A stretch of DNA of 64,000 nucleotides from contig CAXXTU010000002.1 of the NCBI GenBank assembly GCA_963662655.2, positions 864,001 through 928,000 on the forward strand. Direction: 5' to 3'. Shown here piece by piece: positions 57,619 through 64,000 of the stretch (position 1 is the stretch's first letter; each line of letters opens with the position of its first letter). Origin of the DNA: Candidatus Cloacimonadales bacterium (GTDB lineage Bacteria > Cloacimonadota > Cloacimonadia > Cloacimonadales > JAIOQZ01). The translations under genes were made by a program, and so were the position numbers. Under the pieces are notes generated by a model. The model searched no databases and was not told the DNA's origin. It worked only from the letters and a program-made list of their open reading frames with translations.

Positions 57619-58332
57619 TTACTTCAACACAAAAAGGAACGTGATTGATCCAGTCTGGGCCTTGTCGCCCGTCACCGGATTGAATTTCCATGCTGCGAGC
57701 GCGTCTGTAGCAACTTTATCGAATATGCCACCGGCCTTCTTCGTGACGATGATATCCGTAACCGTTCCCTCCGGCAGCACCTTGAACTGAATGCGCACTT
57801 CGGCGTTACGCTGCTCGCCTCCGGGATACTCGGGGATCACCTCGTTGAGAATCTCGCGCGATAGAATCTCTCCTTCGAGAAGATAACGCGATTCCATGTC
57901 ACCACCACTCTGCGCCTGATTCAGCAGATCGGCCAGGTAGTTGTCGGAAGCTGTCGTCGAGGGCGCATCGGACACGTCCGTTGCGTTCTCGGAGATCGAG
58001 CCGTTTTCGAGGTTGCTGCTGACCGGCTCAAGGGCTTCTTGCTCGTCCACGAACTTGTAATCAGCCGCGTTGATCGATTTCTGAGGCATGGATGCCTCTT
58101 TGAGCGTCACGTCCTCATCGATCTGAACGCGATCAAGCCGCTCCGGAAGCTTGCCGGTCTCCGGCTGCTTCACAGCGTTTCCCGGCTGGTAGGGATCCGC
58201 GTGGAACTCGATGAGATTCAACTGCTGGATCACCGGCTGCGGATGCATCTGGATGTGTATCAAAAGCGCAACGACGATGAGCGCTGCGTGAAAGAGTGCG
58301 GAAATCAGCCAGGCGGTCTGCGTTCTGCTCAT
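57619..58332 (-). CDS. tonB: TonB-family energy transducer
   Basis: N-terminal TM with SALFH; C-terminal PEYP...G.V...WKFNP domain; follows exbBD. Confidence 0.8.
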   Translation of the reverse strand: MSRTQTAWLISALFHAALIVVALLIHIQMHPQPVIQQLNLIEFHADPYQPGNAVKQPETGKLPERLDRVQIDEDVTLKEASMPQKSINAADYKFVDEQEALEPVSSNLENGSISENATDVSDAPSTTASDNYLADLLNQAQSGGDMESRYLLEGEILSREILNEVIPEYPGGEQRNAEVRIQFKVLPEGTVTDIIVTKKAGGIFDKVATDALAAWKFNPVTGDKAQTGSITFLFVLK

Positions 58333-58745
58333 GGTCTCTCTTCCGTCTGGACGATCTGCGTCCCGATGAAGAACTGGCTGGTTCCCGAGCGTTTGGCGAT
58401 TTCCAGGAGATCGACCACGTACTTCAGCGGCACGTTCTCGTCGGACTTGATCACCACCACCTGCTCGGGATCGTTGATCAGCATCTCGCGGAGTCTCTCG
58501 GGGAGCATCTCGCGCTCCGTTGCATTCTCCTCGTCGTTGAGATAGATTTCCAGATTCTCGCTCAGAGTCACCGTAATGCGGTCGCGATACTGGCTCTCTT
58601 TGGAGGATGCGGAGGGAAGGTTCACCTTGATTCCCGACTGGGTGATGAAGCTCGAGGAGATCAGAATGAAGATCAGCAGCAGAAAGATGATGTCCGTAAA
58701 GGAGATCAGCGCTACAGATGTTATTCTTTTCTTGGTTACTCTCAT
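58329..58745 (-). CDS. exbD: ExbD/TolR-family protein
   Basis: FTDIIFLLLIF, VNLPSA, IKSDENV. Confidence 0.9.
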   Translation of the reverse strand: MRVTKKRITSVALISFTDIIFLLLIFILISSSFITQSGIKVNLPSASSKESQYRDRITVTLSENLEIYLNDEENATEREMLPERLREMLINDPEQVVVIKSDENVPLKYVVDLLEIAKRSGTSQFFIGTQIVQTEERP

Positions 58746-58746
58746 G

Positions 58747-59415
58747 TTACTTCGCCTTGCCGATCAGGATAATGAACTCGTTGATGGTATCGTCCATCAG
58801 GCTGCTGATCGATTCGATCTTGCCCACGAAGAAGTTGTGCAGCAGGATCGCCAGAATGCCCACGGTCAAACCGCCGATGGTCGTGATCAGCGCTTCCCAG
58901 ATTCCGCCGGCCAGAAGGCTGATATCCACACCGCCGCCGGTTGCCTGAATCTTCATGAATACGTTCACCATGCCCGTTACCGTTCCCAGGAATCCGATCA
59001 GCGGTGCGACCGCTGCAAACGTCGAGAGCGTCCCGAGATTCTTCTCCAGCTTGTGGATTTCCACCTCGGCAGCCGTGTGCATGGTCTGCTTGGTCGCTTC
59101 CACACCAACCTCGAGCGCTTTCAGTCCGCGACTTAGCACCGAGGCGATCGGGCTTTCAGGATTGGAATCGGCTACTACGATGGCACGCTCGATTTGATCT
59201 GCCCGAACCAGATCGATGATTTCCATCGATATGACCCCAATCCCCTTTCTCGCTGCGCGGAACCGGAGCCACCGCTCGATGATGATGATAATCGATATAA
59301 AAGAAATCAGCAGAAGAACGATCATGAGTGGACCGCCCTTTGCCGCCATTGTAAAGATGTTCATCGATGCAGCACTCTGAATGCTGTCGGCAACTGCCTG
59401 TGCGTTTAAATCCAT
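58747..59415 (-). CDS. exbB: MotA/TolQ/ExbB proton channel
   Basis: APLIGFLGTVTGM, AGGIWEALITT. Confidence 0.92.
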   Translation of the reverse strand: MDLNAQAVADSIQSAASMNIFTMAAKGGPLMIVLLLISFISIIIIIERWLRFRAARKGIGVISMEIIDLVRADQIERAIVVADSNPESPIASVLSRGLKALEVGVEATKQTMHTAAEVEIHKLEKNLGTLSTFAAVAPLIGFLGTVTGMVNVFMKIQATGGGVDISLLAGGIWEALITTIGGLTVGILAILLHNFFVGKIESISSLMDDTINEFIILIGKAK

Positions 59416-59549
59416 GTATCCTCCGAAGGTCGTTGTCTCGTTTACACGATCTGGCTGATTATTCAGCTTCTTGTCAATAGAATTCGGTGTGCTTCAAACA
59501 TTGTTTGCCCTACGAACATTTAACGTACGCTGACGCCTTTTGTTACGCG

Positions 59550-59730
59550 AAATAGTAATGGAAACTTGTCCATGGATCGAGAGCGTGACAGATTCGTTCA
59601 ATCTTCCCTTTCAACGTGGTGTTCCACATCGTTTTATTGCGTTCGATAGTCTCGATGATGTGGTATATCCACTTTGAAAGGGAAGATTGGGCGAAGATGC
59701 CATGCTCGGTTGAACATTGCTGTATTCCTG
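59550..59730 (+). ncRNA. Candidate small RNA forming a long imperfect hairpin
   Basis: Arms ~59552-59632 and 59655-59723 pair, with a 15-bp perfect core 59600-14/59674-88; by manual count about 10 G.U versus 1 A.C opposition on the plus strand. Confidence 0.55.
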
Positions 59731-59735
59731 CCATT

Positions 59736-59772
59736 AAAAAAACCGCCCGACGATTCTGCCGGGCGGTTTTTA
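59736..59772. terminator. Bidirectional intrinsic terminator
   Basis: AAAAACCGCCCG/CGGGCGGTTTTT stem with an A-run on the left and a T-run on the right. Confidence 0.85.
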
Positions 59773-59786
59773 ACAAACTATCTCAT

Positions 59787-61034
59787 TTAAAAGGATCGAT
59801 AAAGGATGTGAAGTCCACCGCTACCGGCAGCCACAAAAATCCATTCGTTGTAAGCCTTCACAAAGTTGACGGAACCGTTGAAATCGAATTGTGCGATCGG
59901 CGTGAGTTCCTGGTTCGTCGGAGTCCCTGTAGGACGTGCGAACACATACAGTCCGTCTTCACCGTTGGCGACATAGATGTAATCGTTGTCGACCGTAACC
60001 GCGTTGGTCAGGCCGTTGCCCGGGCGGTTGAAGTAGAACATTGGATCCGGTTCTGTATTGTCTGCGCCTGCAGAAACGTCGAACGCCTTGAATCCACCTT
60101 CACCCATCGCTACGTAAGCAACGTTGTCTTTTAGATCGCACCATAGCTTTGCATAGTAAGGCGCTGCCAGACCAATGTTGTAAATAATCGGTTCGTGATC
60201 CGAATCGGTTGAACCGACATCGTAAATATGAAGATTCGATTGCTCGCCTGCTTCCAGCACGAGGTGATCGGAATGGATTTGATTACCGGTGATGGCAATA
60301 CCTTTCGCGTTGTCATAACGGTCTTCTTCCACGATCTCCATGTAGTTGCTGCTGTTCAGGCTATGGCAGAACGCACCGCCGTCCGTACGGGATGTGGTCG
60401 AGTAAAGCCAGTTTGCCGAACGACGTACACCCTTGGCCACCGATGATGGAACATCATAAAGGTGCGAGGTGTATGGGCTTGGGAATTTTCCGCTCGAAGA
60501 GAGAATAACTTCTTCGATGACAGCCGGTGAGTTGAGTCCGTAAGGATCCGGATCGATCGCTGATGCCATCCAGAAGCGTCCAGTATTCTGGAAATCGGCT
60601 GCGACAGCCTGTACGTCCGTATCATTGAAGAGCGCTTGCGATACGACGACTGGATGGTAGACGTTGCTCAGACTGACGATTTCAACACCGCCACGCCATT
60701 CTTCGCCTTCCGTATTGTAGCCGATATATGCCTTGCAGACGCAAGGATCGAGATATGCAAAACAAGCCTGAACCTGATCGTCGCCCACAAAAGGCGCATC
60801 CACAGAAGCAATCCAGATTAGCGGCGGAACCGTACGTTCGCCACCAAGCAGTTCGTTGTTTACGATTGTCACTCTTTCATTGAGGCTTCCTTCATCGTTG
60901 TTCACGACAACATTCGTACCCTCGCGCAAGGACTGATTGATCTCGTCAGCCACTTCGTCGCCTGTTGATCTCTCAGCACATGATACGATGAACATAACCA
61001 ATCCTGCTATTAACAAGATCATCGCTTTTTTCAT
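59787..61034 (-). CDS. Lipoprotein with LVIVD-like beta-propeller
   Basis: Lipobox IVSC; repeats AYVAMGEGG, IYVANGEDGL, IFVAAGSGGL. Confidence 0.75.
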   Translation of the reverse strand: MKKAMILLIAGLVMFIVSCAERSTGDEVADEINQSLREGTNVVVNNDEGSLNERVTIVNNELLGGERTVPPLIWIASVDAPFVGDDQVQACFAYLDPCVCKAYIGYNTEGEEWRGGVEIVSLSNVYHPVVVSQALFNDTDVQAVAADFQNTGRFWMASAIDPDPYGLNSPAVIEEVILSSSGKFPSPYTSHLYDVPSSVAKGVRRSANWLYSTTSRTDGGAFCHSLNSSNYMEIVEEDRYDNAKGIAITGNQIHSDHLVLEAGEQSNLHIYDVGSTDSDHEPIIYNIGLAAPYYAKLWCDLKDNVAYVAMGEGGFKAFDVSAGADNTEPDPMFYFNRPGNGLTNAVTVDNDYIYVANGEDGLYVFARPTGTPTNQELTPIAQFDFNGSVNFVKAYNEWIFVAAGSGGLHILYRSF

Positions 61035-61169
61035 GTTTTTATTCCTCCGTGTTGAATTACTTTTTTTTCACCAGATAAGCTATTTTGCTCCGCTTTCGTG
61101 TCAAACAAAAAAAGGAGGGAAAGTGATTGCCGTTCAAAAACATGAAACGGGAGGTTCCCCAATCCTTTA

Positions 61170-61201
61170 CAGAAAAGCCCGCACCAGACTCGATACGGGC
61201 T
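61170..61201 (-). terminator. Intrinsic terminator
   Basis: Minus-strand stem AGCCCGUAUC/GGUGCGGGCU followed by a short U-run. Confidence 0.65.
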
Positions 61202-61222
61202 GTTTTATTGAACGGTATTTTT

Positions 61223-61846
61223 TTACTTAGCCTTCGGATTTATCGTATGATAGCCTGTCAATTCGGCTTGCTCCAGCACATGACCGTCGATCGCCTTCAT
61301 GAGATCAGTGCCGTAGTATTCTTCGGGTAAATCCACGCGAGGAACATCCAGGGCAAAGACGATGAAGTCATATTCGTGAATTAGCGAATCGTTCCACGGA
61401 GGACACGGCCCGTCATATCCGCCGTACAATCCCTCCATCGATTCATCGCCTTTGAACCAGCTCGTGTAATCGTTGATCCCTGCAAATCCATGCGGCGACT
61501 CCCCAAACGGTTTACCTTTGGCAGTCACACCCCGGCAAACTTCACCTTCCCTGATTTCACGGACTTCGGGCGGGATATTGGTAAGCAGCCAGTGATAGAA
61601 ATCCACCCGAGGCAAATCCTCCGGCACGAATCGTCCTTCCTGGTTCACATCGTCCGGCTTCGAAGGCACGGTTCGATCGATGCATGCTAGCGCAAACGAT
61701 TTCGTCCCTTCCGGAACATCCACCCATGCGATGTGCGGATTGACGTTATCGGAAAAGGTCACGTGCGTCTCTTCGTGATACTTTCCCATTACGTATCGCA
61801 ACGGGATCATCTCTTTATGCTTGATCGAGTTACTTACGATCCTCAT
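61223..61846 (-). CDS. YbhB/YbcL (PEBP/Raf-kinase-inhibitor-like) protein
   Basis: PEGTKSFAL, FYHW, YDGPCPP, HEYDFIVFALD. Confidence 0.92.
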   Translation of the reverse strand: MRIVSNSIKHKEMIPLRYVMGKYHEETHVTFSDNVNPHIAWVDVPEGTKSFALACIDRTVPSKPDDVNQEGRFVPEDLPRVDFYHWLLTNIPPEVREIREGEVCRGVTAKGKPFGESPHGFAGINDYTSWFKGDESMEGLYGGYDGPCPPWNDSLIHEYDFIVFALDVPRVDLPEEYYGTDLMKAIDGHVLEQAELTGYHTINPKAK

Positions 61847-61866
61847 TTATACCTCCATGTTCGAGG

Positions 61867-64000
61867 TTATTTCAGCATGAGCATTTTCTTCACTTCACTG
61901 CGATTCGATGTGCTCAGCTTGTAAAGGTAAACGCCACTGCCGACAGCCCTGCCATCGGTATCCTGGCCCTTCCAGGTTGCCCGATGAATTCCGGCATCCA
62001 TGTTTTCGTCAACCAGTGTGCAAACCTTCTGACCGCGAATGTTGAATACTTCCAGCTTCACAGGAGATGCATCGGCTATCGAGAAGGCGATATCCGTCTC
62101 CGGATTGAATGGATTCGGATGATTCTGCGCCAGCCTGAACACAGGCGCGGCGTCTTCCACATCCTCTGTATCTACCGATTCATGCAGATAGTAGTTCATG
62201 TATCCGGCAACGCACTGGGAATTGTTCAGCCTGAACTTGTTGTCCAGGAACATGCACCAGTAGTTGCTGGCAGGAATCTCGAACAAGGTCGATCCATCCG
62301 CCACACCGGTGTGACTGTGGAAAGCCTCGAAATTGATTCCCATTTCATAGAAGAGGTAGTTGTCGCTCGTTGCGGTAAAGCAATTGACAACGCCCCGATC
62401 CTCGAGCTCCTTGTAGAATACGGGTCTCTCACCCACTTCGTCGATGTCGTCCCAGGTAACAATCCCCTTGATCACCTGGCTGACCGTCTCGAAAGAGATC
62501 ATCATCCGGTAATCGTCGATTGCATCCTCGGGGGGATTGGAATCCACGTTCATGTTGACTGGCATGGTTCCCGCCACGGGCATCTGGAACGCATACTCGC
62601 CACCATCTACTGTATCTTCCTGCAACAGGAGGTATTCCCCGCCTGCTTCGGGATTCGTTCCGATCGAAGTCTCGACACGAGCGTAATACGTATTGCCTTC
62701 ACCCACGATGAACTCATGCTGACCGTTTTCGTCCGTGAAAGCAACCATGTCGGCGGTAAGACTACTGTTGATTGCAAGAATGATCCTGGCTCCGTCCACG
62801 GGATTGCCGTTCGCGTCGAGAACATTGACCGTAATCGACGCCTGCCCTTCCGAGTAGCGATCCGTCACGGAGGTCAGGAAACCGTCGCTTCGAATCTCGA
62901 ACACGGAACCGAACACCTTTCCCCACCCGTTTTCGTAAACAAGTGGCGTGTTGATGTAGCCGTTCACGGGTTCCCACTGGACCCATCCATCTTCCCAAAA
63001 CTCGTTCCATGTGTGGTCAGACGACATGGAAAGGATGCCGGTACAAGGCATGAGCGCGGTACGTGCCGCCGCGGTGGTGATATCAGCGTGCTCGCCGCAC
63101 CTTCCGTAGTGTTTGCGATAGATGCGCACCGGCTGATGCGGTCTTTCGCTGTCCGAAGTGAATTCCATCACGGCATTCACCCAGTTTTGTAACGTCCCCA
63201 GAGCATCCGTCACCGATCCGTCTCGGGCCCACATCACTTGCGCATTTGCCAGTTGTTCGCTCAGAAGCGGATAGCCTTCATCGGCGTGGTTGTAGAAGAA
63301 ATCCCTCCAGAAAACGCCGTCCGGCGGATCAGCGATATTGTTGATATGCGTCGTGTTGGATTCTGCCAGAGCCGGGTCGATGTAAGCAGGGATGTCGTCT
63401 GTGATCTTCGGATGGACCAGATACCAGTAGTAAACGTCCCTCGGGACCTCCACCGTTACCTGGTTGCCGCTTTCGTCTATCTTGATGTAGCTCGTGGTCG
63501 AGTAGTAATCGTCATCCGTCGCGGAGCTTCCATGATCGACAATCTCCACGTAGCTCAGATCCTGATCGATCTCGTAAATCAGTTCCGCGTTTTCCACGAA
63601 CAACTGCGGATAGGCGTAATCAGACTGGAGGTACACAGTTGAGGTGTGCGCCACGCAGAAGGCGATCTCGTCGATATAGGGATCGTCTGCTTCGTTGATG
63701 ATGGCAGCCCAGACGTCTTGATTGAGTGGCGAGAGGTTGCAGAACACATTCCGCAGCGCAGGCCGGAGCCATCTCGGTGAGCGCTCGACCGCCTGTTGGG
63801 CCGCCTCGCCGAGTTCTTCGAGATTGGATACGACCGATACTTCGTTCGTGTTAGGCCAGAACTTCATCCCGTAGTTTTGATCTGCACCCAGATAGAAGTC
63901 GAATTCGAGGGAGTCGGATAAATTCCATTCGTCCCGATCGAATGATGTGGTCGATTCCTGCCTCTCCTTATGAGCGGGTTCTCCTCGAAGAGCGGCGCCA
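61867..64000 (-). CDS. Secreted transglutaminase-like protein with FlgD-Ig/T9SS-like tail; 5' end outside the window
   Basis: GRCGEH...DHTWNEF core; QNHPNPFNPET...SGVYLY tail; the frame stays open upstream of 63867 to the window edge. Confidence 0.8.
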   Translation of the reverse strand, partial: GAALRGEPAHKERQESTTSFDRDEWNLSDSLEFDFYLGADQNYGMKFWPNTNEVSVVSNLEELGEAAQQAVERSPRWLRPALRNVFCNLSPLNQDVWAAIINEADDPYIDEIAFCVAHTSTVYLQSDYAYPQLFVENAELIYEIDQDLSYVEIVDHGSSATDDDYYSTTSYIKIDESGNQVTVEVPRDVYYWYLVHPKITDDIPAYIDPALAESNTTHINNIADPPDGVFWRDFFYNHADEGYPLLSEQLANAQVMWARDGSVTDALGTLQNWVNAVMEFTSDSERPHQPVRIYRKHYGRCGEHADITTAAARTALMPCTGILSMSSDHTWNEFWEDGWVQWEPVNGYINTPLVYENGWGKVFGSVFEIRSDGFLTSVTDRYSEGQASITVNVLDANGNPVDGARIILAINSSLTADMVAFTDENGQHEFIVGEGNTYYARVETSIGTNPEAGGEYLLLQEDTVDGGEYAFQMPVAGTMPVNMNVDSNPPEDAIDDYRMMISFETVSQVIKGIVTWDDIDEVGERPVFYKELEDRGVVNCFTATSDNYLFYEMGINFEAFHSHTGVADGSTLFEIPASNYWCMFLDNKFRLNNSQCVAGYMNYYLHESVDTEDVEDAAPVFRLAQNHPNPFNPETDIAFSIADASPVKLEVFNIRGQKVCTLVDENMDAGIHRATWKGQDTDGRAVGSGVYLYKLSTSNRSEVKKMLMLK

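Noticed and set aside
59543..60134. Small ORFs 59543-59776 (-) and 59616-60134 (+)
   Set aside because: They span a terminator and the long hairpin or lie antisense to a real gene; no RBS or motifs.

Overview
Bacterial chromosomal segment from an anaerobic diderm, most likely Cloacimonadota. That assignment is inferred from several secreted proteins ending in a 'PNPFNPxT...SGxY' FlgD-Ig/T9SS-like tail, plus kdsD, TonB-ExbBD and hydrogenase-associated regulators. Most of the window is minus-strand housekeeping operons (dnaB, gmk, gcvH, hflX, kdsD, thrS, rocD, folE2, apbE, coaE, cdaA, folP, exbBD-tonB), mixed with large secreted Ig/beta-propeller proteins and a plus-strand signalling cassette. 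Items the ORF track misses: (1) a frameshifted GIY-YIG nuclease gene (21023-21345) bracketed by 26-bp inverted repeats and surrounded by further palindromic copies, organised like REP/RAYT loci; (2) a ~175-nt plus-strand rod hairpin with strongly strand-biased G.U pairs ending at a bidirectional terminator (59550-59772); (3) a near-perfect four-way-junction element (25119-25347); (4) a DRTGG/kinase/[FeFe]-hydrogenase-like/DRTGG/PHP cluster split by an opposite-strand four-gene signalling cassette; (5) a candidate divergent rpoZ and a SpoVG-like gene coupled to hflX. About seven small frameshifts suggest long-read consensus errors. No rRNA, tRNA or CRISPR array was seen. All calls come from manual motif reading; no database searches were run.
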